A stretch of 64,000 nt of DNA from Candidatus Omnitrophota bacterium (GTDB lineage: Bacteria > Omnitrophota > Gorgyraeia > Gygaellales > UBA12090): positions 66,357-130,356 of the forward strand of contig JAUSCZ010000029.1 of assembly GCA_030674475.1 (NCBI GenBank), in the 5' to 3' direction. Positions 49,769 to 59,439 of this stretch are shown one piece after another; within the stretch, counting starts at the first letter, position 1, and every line of letters starts with the position of its first letter. The notes under the pieces were generated by a model. It was not told where the DNA came from, did not search any database, and was given only the letters and a program-made list of their open reading frames with translations. Position numbers and translations under genes: made by a program.

Positions 49769-51949
49769 ATGTCTAAAATAGTTGCGGCTGCCGCGATAAG
49801 GGGCTCGAGAGTTATTGCCCGGGAGGCTGAGGAATTTCTGAATAAGGCTTTAAAAGAACATGGGCCGGATACTAAGATTGGTTTTCCCGAAACTGCCTTT
49901 TTCCTGCCTATGGCCAATGCCTTATTGGGGGCAGAGGTAAAGACTTTAAAAGAGGCGGTCAATGTTTTTAATTATGCTAAGGGTTTGCTGCCGCTTGAGC
50001 CCCGAGAAAAACTTTGGCTGCCTTATCTGGGGGATGCCCTGGATGCCGGCATCGCCACCCTTCTTTGCGAAGAGATAATCACCGTTTTACGCTATCTTTA
50101 TAAGCAGGAGCCTCAAACCGACTGTAACGGTTTCTTTACCGATACCATCCTGAGATCCCTGGGAATTCAGCTGGTTGACGGAAGAATGCCCGGATTTGCC
50201 GCGATTCTGGGAGCGGCCCCCACCAATGAAATCGCGGTGAGCGTGGTCAGACAGCTTCAGGAAAGAAATATCCTGATTTTCGTGGGAAGCTCATCCGGCG
50301 GCCGTTCTATAATTGATCAGCTTAAGGAATCCGGGGTGGAGATGGGCTGGGATAATTACATCGTTCCTTACGGCCGGGACACTATCAGCGCGATTTATCC
50401 TCTGAATTGGGCCATCCGTTCAGCGATGACCTTTGGCGGCCTTAAGGCCGGACAGGGCAAGAAGTGCCTGCTTTATACCAAAGAGCGGGTTTTTGCCTTT
50501 GGCTTAACCCTGGGTTTGGTGGATGATTTAAAATACGCTACCGGAGCCGGGGCAATTAATATGGGTTTTCCAATTATTGCCGATACTGATATCCCGGAGA
50601 TTAAGCCCTCAGGCATCACCACTTACGAGGCCTTAGTCAAAGAGTTTGACTATAAAAAGATTGTCCCCCGTTGTATTGAGGTTCGGGGAGTCAAAGTTAA
50701 GGTTTCTAAAATTCCCATACCGGTTCTCTATGGCGCGGCCTTTGAGGGAGAAAGAGTAAGGCGGGAACAGCTTTATTGTGAGTTTGGCGGGAAATCTTCC
50801 CATGCCTTTGAACTGATTTTAATGCGAGACGCTTCTGAGATAGAAGACGGTAAGATAGATTTAATCGGCCCGGATGTTGACCAATTGCCGGAAAAAGTAA
50901 AATCCCTTCCTTTGGGGATTTTGATTGAGGTTGCCGGACGCAAACTACAAAAGGATTTTGAGCCGATACTTGAGCGTCAACTGCACCGGTTTTTTAACTA
51001 TTGTATGGGGGTAATGCATATCGGGCAAAGAGATATGAACTGGATTCGTATCAGTAAGGATGCCTTTGCCAAGGGCCTCAGGGTCAAGCATTTAGGCATA
51101 GTTTTACACGCGATGATTCACGAAGAATTCGGAGCGATTGCCGATAAGGTTCAGATAACCCTTTTTACCAAGGAAGAGGATGTGCAGAGAGAGTTAATCA
51201 AGGCCAGACAGGTCTATGCTGAGCGCGATGAGCGTTTAAGCGGAATGACCGATGAAAGCGTGGATACCTTTTATTCCTGCGAGCTTTGCCAGTCTTTTGC
51301 CCCGAATCATATCTGCGTGATTACTCCGGAAAAGGTGGGTTTATGCGGAGCCTATTCCTGGTTAGATACCAAGGCCGCTTATGAGATTGCCCCCAGCGGC
51401 GGCAACAAGCCTATCCCTAAAGGAGAGTGTCTTGATTCGGTAAACGGCGAGTGGGCCTCGGTTAACGCCTATGTGAATCTGCGCTCTAACCGCACCTTGG
51501 AAAGATTCTCAATGTATTCTATGGTCAATAATCCTTCTACTTCCTGCGGATGCTTTGAGTGTATTATGGCGGTTATTCCGGAGGCTAACGGAATAATGGT
51601 GGTGCATCGGGATTTCTCCGGGATGACTCCCTGCGGAATGACCTTTACCACCCTGGCCGGTTCGGTCGGGGGCGGAATACAAACTCCGGGTTTCTTAGGG
51701 GTGGGTAAAATCTATCTTACCAGCAAGAAATTTATCTCAGCCGACGGAGGCTTAAGAAGATTAATCTGGATGCCCAAGGAGCTTAAAGAGCTCTTAGGTG
51801 AGAAGCTGATAAAAAGAGTCCAGGAGATAGGTGAGCCGGACCTGATTGATAAAATTGCCGATGAAACAACCGCCACTACCTCTGAGGAGCTGATGGTATT
51901 TTTAGAGAAGGTTAAGCATCCCGCGTTGACTCTTCCGCCCTTATTTTAG
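49769..51949 (+). CDS. acsB: Acetyl-CoA synthase (CODH/ACS beta subunit, bacterial type)
   Basis: FYSCELCQSFAPNHIC, CGA, TSCGCFEC and GGGIQTPGF motifs. Confidence 0.96.
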   Translation: MSKIVAAAAIRGSRVIAREAEEFLNKALKEHGPDTKIGFPETAFFLPMANALLGAEVKTLKEAVNVFNYAKGLLPLEPREKLWLPYLGDALDAGIATLLCEEIITVLRYLYKQEPQTDCNGFFTDTILRSLGIQLVDGRMPGFAAILGAAPTNEIAVSVVRQLQERNILIFVGSSSGGRSIIDQLKESGVEMGWDNYIVPYGRDTISAIYPLNWAIRSAMTFGGLKAGQGKKCLLYTKERVFAFGLTLGLVDDLKYATGAGAINMGFPIIADTDIPEIKPSGITTYEALVKEFDYKKIVPRCIEVRGVKVKVSKIPIPVLYGAAFEGERVRREQLYCEFGGKSSHAFELILMRDASEIEDGKIDLIGPDVDQLPEKVKSLPLGILIEVAGRKLQKDFEPILERQLHRFFNYCMGVMHIGQRDMNWIRISKDAFAKGLRVKHLGIVLHAMIHEEFGAIADKVQITLFTKEEDVQRELIKARQVYAERDERLSGMTDESVDTFYSCELCQSFAPNHICVITPEKVGLCGAYSWLDTKAAYEIAPSGGNKPIPKGECLDSVNGEWASVNAYVNLRSNRTLERFSMYSMVNNPSTSCGCFECIMAVIPEANGIMVVHRDFSGMTPCGMTFTTLAGSVGGGIQTPGFLGVGKIYLTSKKFISADGGLRRLIWMPKELKELLGEKLIKRVQEIGEPDLIDKIADETTATTSEELMVFLEKVKHPALTLPPLF

Positions 51950-52005
51950 GCCGCGAAACCGCGAAAATACCCTGCTGCTTACCGGCAGGCAGAGGCAGAT
52001 TTTAC

Positions 52006-52033
52006 TTGACAATAATATTTTGTGTATTATGCT
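52006..52033 (+). promoter_or_regulatory. Candidate sigma70 promoter
   Basis: TTGACA-16 nt-TATGCT. Confidence 0.55.
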
Positions 52034-52047
52034 ATTGGTTATACTAA

Positions 52048-52767
52048 ATGACCCGTCTTGAAAGATATTCTTCCGGTAAGATTCAACTCATAGTAACTCT
52101 TTTATTTTTATTCTTTAGCAGTCCCGCCTTTTGCGCTCATTTACTCAAAGAGGAAGCGGTTGAATTTCATAGACAAGGCCACTCTGCCCAGGAATCCGGC
52201 ATGCTTAATGAAGCCTTGGGGTTTTACCAGAGAGCATCCGCTATAGACCCGGCCTCAGCCCATCTTTATAATGATTTGGGTTCGGTGTATGAGATGCTGG
52301 GAGAGTTTGAAATTGCCTCAGGATGCCTACTGAAAGCCGTGAGTAGTGAGCCCGAAAGTATAGAGGCCTATTCGCGCCTGGCTCTTTTGTCTGAGAAAGA
52401 CGGTAATTTCCCGCGGGCCGCTAAATACTGGCTGAAATTCATAGAGCTGGGCAATAAAAATAATCCGGCGGTTCGGGAGGCAAAAAACCGGGTCTATGAA
52501 ATCGGCAGGGTTATTCCTGAGGTGATGGACAGCTATATCGAACTTGAAGCCTCCAGCCTTAAGAAAGAAATTTCCTCATTTAAGCGCGCGGGGCCAAGTG
52601 ATAAGAAATTACGCCTCCAGAGGCAGCTAAGCAAAGGAAATGCCTTCTATCAGGATAAAGATTATCTCAATGCCTTAAAGATGTATATGGAAGCCAAAGA
52701 GTCGGACCCCCAAGACAATCAAGTAAACAGCCTGCTGGATGCTGCTCTAAGCAAGCTGCTTCTATAA
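52048..52767 (+). CDS. Exported tetratricopeptide-repeat protein
   Basis: Signal-like N-terminus; repeated A..Y..A...DP TPR pattern. Confidence 0.8.
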   Translation: MTRLERYSSGKIQLIVTLLFLFFSSPAFCAHLLKEEAVEFHRQGHSAQESGMLNEALGFYQRASAIDPASAHLYNDLGSVYEMLGEFEIASGCLLKAVSSEPESIEAYSRLALLSEKDGNFPRAAKYWLKFIELGNKNNPAVREAKNRVYEIGRVIPEVMDSYIELEASSLKKEISSFKRAGPSDKKLRLQRQLSKGNAFYQDKDYLNALKMYMEAKESDPQDNQVNSLLDAALSKLLL

Positions 52768-52843
52768 ACCAAAATTTCCTCATAAAGTCTCTAATATCTA
52801 ATAAAGATTCGAAAAGCAGGAAAGTTTAGTTTTTCTCTTCTGT

Positions 52844-55426
52844 ATGTCAAATCCCAGGCTATATCTTATTGACGGTTCAGGCCTATGTTACCGGGCTTAT
52901 TATGCCCTTTCGAATTTTGCCACATCCTATGGCCAGCCCACGGGAGCGGTGTTTGGCTTTGTGAATATCTTAAATAAAATTTTAAAAGACGCGCCCGAGT
53001 ATATAGTCTGCTGTTTTGACGTCTCGCGGGAGACCTTCCGCCAGAAAAAATATAAAGAATATAAAATCCAGCGCCCCCCCGCGCCCCAGGGATTATCCGC
53101 CCAGATGGATCTTATCAAAGAAACGGTTTCCGCCTATAATATTACCGTATCGGAATTGGCCGGATATGAGGCGGATGACCTGATTGCCAGTTTCGCGCGA
53201 ATTGCCAAAGAGAATTCCTGGGATACGGTGATTGTGAGTTCCGATAAGGACCTTCTGCAGTTAGTGGATGAACGGGTGAAGGTGTTTGAGCCCAAGAAAG
53301 AGGTGTGGTATGATAATGAGGCGGTTGTCCTTAAATACGGACTGGAGCCTAAAAGGTTAATTGATGCTTTTTCCTTGATGGGCGATACGTCAGATAATAT
53401 CCCGGGGGTTAAAGGTGTGGGGGAAAAGACGGCGACAGCCTTAATCAAAGAATTTGGCAGCGTGGATAGCCTGATTGATAATTTAGCGAAACTAAAATCC
53501 GCTTCTTTAAGGGAGGTCTTGCTTAAGAATATTGAGAATATTCGTTTAAGCTATGAATTGTTCCGGCTGGAGGCGGATATTCCGCTGGATCCCGACCCGG
53601 AAAAACTTAAGCGCGTAGAACCGGATTACGAAAAACTTTTTCTCCTATTTAAAAAGTTAGAATTTAACCGCCTGCTTAAAGCCTTGCCTGTCGCGCCTGA
53701 GAAAGAAATAAATAGCGTGGTGAAGATAATACCCCTGGAAGATAATCTGAGGAAAAAAGAAATCCTGGAACAAGTCCACACCCGCGGCGAATTTATTTTC
53801 TTAATCGCGAAAGTCGAGTCTAAAGTATATTTCGGCGCGAGAGAAGATAATGCGGAGTTTTATTCTTTGGCCATGGATGATGAGGATCTAAGGAGAGTAT
53901 TTTCTGATTCAAAAATCAAAAAGATAAGCCATAACCTAAAAGATGCCGGGATTTTTCTGTCTCAAAATGATATTGAGCTTAACGGATTATATTTTGATAC
54001 CATGCTGGCGGCGTATCTTTTAGAGCCTTCACTCGTCAGCTTTGATTTGGTTGAGCTGGCTTATAAGTATTTAGAGCGCAGGTATCAGTCGGGTCGGATA
54101 AGCCCGGAGCAGGCATTAGATGTTATTATCAGGATCAGCCCTGCCTTAAGAGAAAAAATAGGAGCACATTCTCTGAGTAATCTTCTCTATGAGTTGGAGA
54201 TCCCCCTTATAGCCGTGCTGATGGATATGCAGGCCAGCGGCGTAAAGATAGATGTCCGGGCCTTGGCTATTTTATCCCAGGAGCTCCAGGTGAGGCTCAC
54301 TCGACTGGTCCAAGAAATTTATGCTTTGAATTCAGGGCAGGAGTTTAATATAAATTCGCCCAAGCAGTTAGCCAATGTGCTCTTTGAGAGATTAAAGCTT
54401 CCGGTGGTCAAAAAGACCAAGACTGGGCTTTCCACTGATGAAGAGGTCTTGCGTAAGCTTTCCAAAAAGCACGGCTTACCCCTTCTCCTTTTGGAATACC
54501 GCCAGCTGACCAAGTTAAAAAGCACCTATATAGACAGCCTGCCCTTATTGATTGACCCCAAGACCAAGAGGATACACGCGGTCTTTAACCAGACCGGCAC
54601 AGAAACAGGGCGGCTTTCTTCAAATAATCCTAATCTTCAGAATATCCCGGCCCGGGGTGAAATTGCCCGTAATATCCGTAAGGCCTTTATCGCCGAAGAA
54701 AATAACCTGCTTATCTCGGCGGACTATTCCCAGATTGAGCTGAGGGTCCTGGCGCATTTTTCCGGCGATGAGGCCCTGATTTGTGCCTTTGGCGAGAACC
54801 GGGATATCCACAAATTTACCGCCAGCCTTATATTTGGAGTTGAGGAGAGTTTGGTAACCGATGAGATGCGCGAGACTGCCAAGAGGATAAACTTCGGCAT
54901 TGTCTATGGGATGGGCAGCTTTGGTTTGGCCAAGGACCTGGAGATACCCGTGAACGAGGCGCAAGATTTTATTGATAATTATTTCCTGCGCTACCCTAAG
55001 GTGAATAAATTTATCGAGAGCCAGATAGCCCTGGCTAAAGATACCGGATTTGTCACGACAATTTTAGGCCGCAGAAGGTATCTTCCCGAGATAAACAATA
55101 AAAACAGCTCTCTGCGCGGCTTTGCCGAACGCCAGGCGGTAAATTCGCCTATTCAGGGTTCAGCCGCTGACCTGATAAAATTAGCGATGGTCAATATCCA
55201 TCAGGTTTTATCCGAGATGAAATTAAAGGCCAAGTTGATTATGCAGATTCATGATGAATTGGTTTTTGAGGTTCCGGAGGCGGAATTTGACGCGGTATCC
55301 GGTTTAGTCAGGGACAAAATGGAGAATGTCCATAAATTGGATGTGCCGGTAAAGGTGAATATAAAAAAGGGAAAGAATTGGCAGGAGATGGTAACCGCGG
55401 AAGCGCGGAGTAACTGTGAGAAGTAA
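52844..55426 (+). CDS. polA: DNA polymerase I
   Basis: 5'-3' exonuclease (LIDGS, EADD, GDTSDNIPGV), TGRLSS, ADYSQIELR, KRINFGIVYG and QIHDEL. Confidence 0.97.
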   Translation: MSNPRLYLIDGSGLCYRAYYALSNFATSYGQPTGAVFGFVNILNKILKDAPEYIVCCFDVSRETFRQKKYKEYKIQRPPAPQGLSAQMDLIKETVSAYNITVSELAGYEADDLIASFARIAKENSWDTVIVSSDKDLLQLVDERVKVFEPKKEVWYDNEAVVLKYGLEPKRLIDAFSLMGDTSDNIPGVKGVGEKTATALIKEFGSVDSLIDNLAKLKSASLREVLLKNIENIRLSYELFRLEADIPLDPDPEKLKRVEPDYEKLFLLFKKLEFNRLLKALPVAPEKEINSVVKIIPLEDNLRKKEILEQVHTRGEFIFLIAKVESKVYFGAREDNAEFYSLAMDDEDLRRVFSDSKIKKISHNLKDAGIFLSQNDIELNGLYFDTMLAAYLLEPSLVSFDLVELAYKYLERRYQSGRISPEQALDVIIRISPALREKIGAHSLSNLLYELEIPLIAVLMDMQASGVKIDVRALAILSQELQVRLTRLVQEIYALNSGQEFNINSPKQLANVLFERLKLPVVKKTKTGLSTDEEVLRKLSKKHGLPLLLLEYRQLTKLKSTYIDSLPLLIDPKTKRIHAVFNQTGTETGRLSSNNPNLQNIPARGEIARNIRKAFIAEENNLLISADYSQIELRVLAHFSGDEALICAFGENRDIHKFTASLIFGVEESLVTDEMRETAKRINFGIVYGMGSFGLAKDLEIPVNEAQDFIDNYFLRYPKVNKFIESQIALAKDTGFVTTILGRRRYLPEINNKNSSLRGFAERQAVNSPIQGSAADLIKLAMVNIHQVLSEMKLKAKLIMQIHDELVFEVPEAEFDAVSGLVRDKMENVHKLDVPVKVNIKKGKNWQEMVTAEARSNCEK

Positions 55427-55530
55427 ATGTTCCGCAGAGGCGCGGAGTAAACGGAAAAATAGATAAAACTCCCTTCATCCCCCTTTGTAAAAGGGGGAAA
55501 CCTGCCTGCCGGCAGGCAGGGAGGGGGATT
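55393..55530. repeat. Compound repeat region: copy of the 3573 arm, then a CCCCCTTT..AAAGGGGG hairpin with nested CCTGCCTGCCGGCAGGCAGG
   Basis: 42/46 identity to 3573-3618; perfect 20-bp palindrome at 55501-55520. Confidence 0.85.
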
Positions 55531-55549
55531 TAAAAAGAGGGATTTTCAA

Positions 55550-56935
55550 GTGAAAGTTTTAATGTGTGCCAGCGAGATGGTGCCTTTTGCCAAGACCGGA
55601 GGGCTGGCTGATGTGGTGGGCGCGCTTCCTCTGGCGCTGGAAGAATTGGGACTGGAGGTAAGGGTAGTTATTCCAAAGTACAAAACAGCTCACCTCTCAC
55701 AACCCGCGGCGCGCGGTATTGGTTCGGATATAGAAGTAACAAAAATCGGGAAGAATGTGCAAGTGTACTTTATAAAAAATGACGCCTATTTTAATCGCGA
55801 GGCACTTTATGGAGATAAAAACGGAGATTACCCGGATAACTTAGAGAGATTTTCTTTTTTTTGCCGCCGGGCTTTAGAAATATTACCTGAGATAAATTTT
55901 AAGCCGGATGTCATCCATTGTCACGATTGGCAGGCCGGGCTCATTCCGGTATATCTAAAGACTGTCTATTCTAAAAATAAATTTTATAAACATATTAAAA
56001 CCGTATTCACTATCCATAACTTAGCGTATCAGGGAGTTTTTAGCAAAGAGAAATACCCCAAATTAGGATTAAACTGGTCTTGGTTTAAAATTGAGGGATT
56101 AGAATTTTATGGTAAGGTTAACCTCTTAAAAGGCGGGATTATCTTCAGCGACAGCTTAAGCACGGTAAGCCTTGCCTATTCAAAAGAAATTCAGACCAGG
56201 GAATTCGGCTGCGGGCTGGAAGGGCTTCTTCACCAAAGAAAAAAAGACCTTTTCGGTATAATCAACGGCCTGGATTATAAGGTCTGGGATCCTGCCAGAG
56301 ATCCCTATATTTATAAGAAATATTCCCCGCTTAATTTAGAGGATAAATACGCCAATAAGAAACTGCTTCAGGAAGAACGCGGTTTATCGGTCAGAGAAGA
56401 TGTGCCTTTATTAGGGATGGTCAGCCGGCTGGTTACGCAGAAAGGCTTAGACTTGGTTACTCAAGGCCTGGAGGAACTGATCGAGCGCTCGCGCGTTCAG
56501 ATGATAGTCTTAGGAGACGGAGACGCCAAGTATCACAATCTTTTAAGAGATATGGTTAAAAAGTATCCGCGTAATCTGAGCCTGTGTTTTGATTTCAACG
56601 ACCCGCTGGCGCATAAGATTTACGCGGCCGCGGATATTTTTCTGATGCCTTCTTATTATGAGCCCTGCGGCTTAGGCCAGATGATCGCCTTAAAATATGG
56701 AACGATTCCCCTGGTTTTTAAAACCGGCGGGCTTAGTGATACGATTTCCGAAGATAATGGTTTTGTCTTTAAGGATTATAGCTTGAGGTCATTCACCTAC
56801 GCGGTCAAGAGGTCGGTCTTCGCGTATGAAGATAAAAAAAGATGGCTCAAATTAGTCAAGAGGGCGTTTACTTATAATTTTTCCTGGGAGTGCTCGGCCA
56901 GGGAATATGTTAAGCTGTATCAAAAAGTAAGTTAA
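55550..56935 (+). CDS. glgA: Glycogen synthase
   Basis: KTGGLADV, IHCHDWQ, TIHNLAYQG and PSYYEPCGL motifs. Confidence 0.96.
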   Translation: MKVLMCASEMVPFAKTGGLADVVGALPLALEELGLEVRVVIPKYKTAHLSQPAARGIGSDIEVTKIGKNVQVYFIKNDAYFNREALYGDKNGDYPDNLERFSFFCRRALEILPEINFKPDVIHCHDWQAGLIPVYLKTVYSKNKFYKHIKTVFTIHNLAYQGVFSKEKYPKLGLNWSWFKIEGLEFYGKVNLLKGGIIFSDSLSTVSLAYSKEIQTREFGCGLEGLLHQRKKDLFGIINGLDYKVWDPARDPYIYKKYSPLNLEDKYANKKLLQEERGLSVREDVPLLGMVSRLVTQKGLDLVTQGLEELIERSRVQMIVLGDGDAKYHNLLRDMVKKYPRNLSLCFDFNDPLAHKIYAAADIFLMPSYYEPCGLGQMIALKYGTIPLVFKTGGLSDTISEDNGFVFKDYSLRSFTYAVKRSVFAYEDKKRWLKLVKRAFTYNFSWECSAREYVKLYQKVS

Positions 56936-56942
56936 AGATATA

Positions 56943-57056
56943 TAACCAGTAACCAGTAACCAGTCCCGATTAACTATCGGGATCTCGATTCTGTCGGGAA
57001 AAAAATCTGGCCTCTGGTAACTGGACTCTGGTTACTCCCGAGCAAAGCGAGGGTAA
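56943..57056. repeat. ACCAGTA composite element with a nested double TCCCGA..TCGGGA hairpin
   Basis: (TAACCAG)x3, 36-nt insert, AAAAAATCTGG.. arm, CCCGAGCAAAGCGAGGGTAA-ATG. Confidence 0.9.
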
Positions 57057-57605
57057 ATGATTATCGGCGTAACCGGAAGCTTGGCCACGGGTAAGACTAC
57101 CGTCAGCCGGATGTTAAAAGAGCTGGGGGCCTATGTTATTGATGCCGATAAAATAGTCCATGGCCTGATTGATCCGGCCGCCAGAATTAAACTCCGCGGT
57201 GTTGTCTTTGACGATAAAGAATCTTTGGATAAACTCTGCGAGGTGATCCACCCTATAGTAAAGAAAGAAATTCTGCGAAAGATAAGAGAAAATAAATCCA
57301 GGAAAATGATTGTGATTGACGCTCCGCTTTTGATTGAAAGCGGATTTCACAAAAAATGCGATTACCTGATAGTGGTAAAATCCAGCCTCAGTAAACAGTT
57401 AGAACGCTCAAAGCGTGGGCTGGGCTTATCTAGAGCTGAGTCTTTAAAAAGAATAAAACTGCAGATGCCTTTAAAGGAAAAGACTCGCCTGGCGGATTTT
57501 ATAATAGATAATAACGGTTCGTTAACACAGACAAGAAAGCAGGTAGAGGAAGTTTTTAAAGACATCGCGGGACGCGGTAAAGGCATTTTGCCTCGCCCCG
57601 CCTGA
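57057..57605 (+). CDS. coaE: Dephospho-CoA kinase
   Basis: IGVTGSLATGKT, IDADKI, DAPLLIE and ADFIIDNNG motifs. Confidence 0.95.
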   Translation: MIIGVTGSLATGKTTVSRMLKELGAYVIDADKIVHGLIDPAARIKLRGVVFDDKESLDKLCEVIHPIVKKEILRKIRENKSRKMIVIDAPLLIESGFHKKCDYLIVVKSSLSKQLERSKRGLGLSRAESLKRIKLQMPLKEKTRLADFIIDNNGSLTQTRKQVEEVFKDIAGRGKGILPRPA

Positions 57606-57642
57606 CGAGAGGGATAAGTAAGCTTCTAAGGAGAATAAGTAT

Positions 57643-58899
57643 ATGGAAAAAGTAAACATCGTAAATTTAAAAGAAATGAAAATCACGGAGTTGAATAAGC
57701 TGGCCAAAGAATTGAACGTCAACGGCTTAAGCGGAATAAGGAAACAGGACCTTATTTTTAAGATCCTCCAGGCCCAGGCGGAAAAAGACGGATTGATGTT
57801 CGGAGAGGGGGTCTTGGAGATTCTCTCCGAGGGCTTTGGTTTCTTGCGTTCGCCAAATTATAATTATCTGCCCTGTCCCGATGATATCTATGTTTCTCCT
57901 TCTCAGATTCGTAAGTTTGATATGCGCACCGGCGACACGGTAAGCGGCCAGATTCGTCCGCCCAAGGAAGGCGAGAAATATTTCGCCCTGCTTAAGGTTG
58001 AAGCGGTGAATTTTGAGAATCCCGAAGGCCTTAAGGAAAAGGTACTTTTTGATAATCTCACCCCCGTGTATCCTCACGACAGGTTTATTTTAGAGATCAG
58101 CCCCAATGAGGTTTCGATGCGGATTATGGATTTGCTTGCCCCTATCGGCAAGGGCCAGCGCGGTTTGATTGTGGCTCCTCCTTACAGCGGCAAGACCGTG
58201 CTTCTGCAAAGAATCGCCAATTCCATTATGCACAATAACCCGGATGTGATTTTGATTGTTCTTTTGATTGACGAACGTCCGGAAGAGGTAACCGAGATGC
58301 AGCGTTTGGTTAAGGGTGAGGTGATTTCTTCAACTTTTGACGAACCGCCGGAGCGTCATGTCCAGGTAGCTGAAGTGGTGCTGGAGAAGGCCAAACGTTT
58401 AATTGAGCACAAGAAGGATGTGGTGATCCTTTTAGACAGCATCACCAGGCTGGCCCGGGCCTATAACTCAGTTATTCCCCACAGCGGAAAGATTCTCTCC
58501 GGAGGAGTTGATGCCAACGCCTTGCAGAAGCCCAAACGTTTTTTCGGGGCGGCCAGGGCTGTTGATGAGGGAGGGAGCCTGACCATAATCGCTACCGCCC
58601 TCGTTGATACCGGCAGCCGTATGGATGAAGTTATTTTTGAGGAGTTCAAGGGAACCGGCAATATGGAGATTCAGCTTGACCGCAATCTCTTTCAAAGAAG
58701 GATATATCCGGCAATAGAGATTAAACGTTCAAATACCCGGCATGAGGAGCTTCTGCTTAAGCCGGATGAGTTGAACAAGATTTGGATCCTGCGCAAGGTG
58801 CTTAATGAATTAAATAATGTGGAGGCAATGGAGCTTTTGATTGAAAAGCTCGGTAAGACCAAGTCCAATACTGAGTTTTTAAATAGTATGAATCGATAA
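57643..58899 (+). CDS. rho: Transcription termination factor Rho
   Basis: [31 protein letters not shown] and [10 protein letters not shown] motifs. Confidence 0.98.
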   Translation: MEKVNIVNLKEMKITELNKLAKELNVNGLSGIRKQDLIFKILQAQAEKDGLMFGEGVLEILSEGFGFLRSPNYNYLPCPDDIYVSPSQIRKFDMRTGDTVSGQIRPPKEGEKYFALLKVEAVNFENPEGLKEKVLFDNLTPVYPHDRFILEISPNEVSMRIMDLLAPIGKGQRGLIVAPPYSGKTVLLQRIANSIMHNNPDVILIVLLIDERPEEVTEMQRLVKGEVISSTFDEPPERHVQVAEVVLEKAKRLIEHKKDVVILLDSITRLARAYNSVIPHSGKILSGGVDANALQKPKRFFGAARAVDEGGSLTIIATALVDTGSRMDEVIFEEFKGTGNMEIQLDRNLFQRRIYPAIEIKRSNTRHEELLLKPDELNKIWILRKVLNELNNVEAMELLIEKLGKTKSNTEFLNSMNR

Positions 58900-58929
58900 T
58901 CGTGTATTTGTTAATCTAAGGAATCATAA

Positions 58930-59071
58930 AATAACCAATGACCAAATCCCAAATCACAAACAATAACCAAACACCAAATAACAATAATCAAGTAATCAGG
59001 AAAAAAGATTATGTTTGGATAATTGGTTATTGGAATTTATTTGGTTATTGGAAATTGGTTATTGGTGATTT
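58930..59071. repeat. AATAACC / GGTTATT heptamer inverted-arm element
   Basis: AATAACC-AATGACC-AAATCCC-AAATCAC ... TTGGTTA-TTGGAAA-TTGGTTA-TTGGTGA. Confidence 0.85.
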
Positions 59072-59091
59072 AGCATAGGAGGTAATAAAAA

Positions 59092-59289
59092 ATGAAAGAA
59101 GGAATTCATCCCAAGTACCAGGATGCAACCATTATCTGCGCCTGTGGCGAGGTCATTCATACCCGTTCCACCAAGCCGAATATCCGGGTGGAAATTTGTT
59201 CCAAGTGCCATCCCTTTTATACCGGCAAGCAAAAACTTATGGATTTGGCCGGAAGAGTGGATAAATATGTGAAGAAGTATAAGAAGTAA
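59092..59289 (+). CDS. rpmE: 50S ribosomal protein L31 (zinc-binding type)
   Basis: [13 protein letters not shown] and [10 protein letters not shown]. Confidence 0.97.
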   Translation: MKEGIHPKYQDATIICACGEVIHTRSTKPNIRVEICSKCHPFYTGKQKLMDLAGRVDKYVKKYKK

Positions 59290-59409
59290 TGCCGAATTTC
59301 TAATGACGAATTCCGAACGAATGCCTAATTCTTTAATACCCAAATGTCTAATTAGGCATTAAGTCATTTGAAAATTAATTCGTCATTCGGGTTTCGTCAT
59401 TTGTCATTA
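59287..59409. repeat. AATGACN element; inverted copy of 48257-48379
   Basis: Reverse complement aligns without gaps to the 48.3-kb copy. Confidence 0.92.
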
Positions 59410-59439
59410 ATGTAAATTATATTTATATTTGTAATAACT

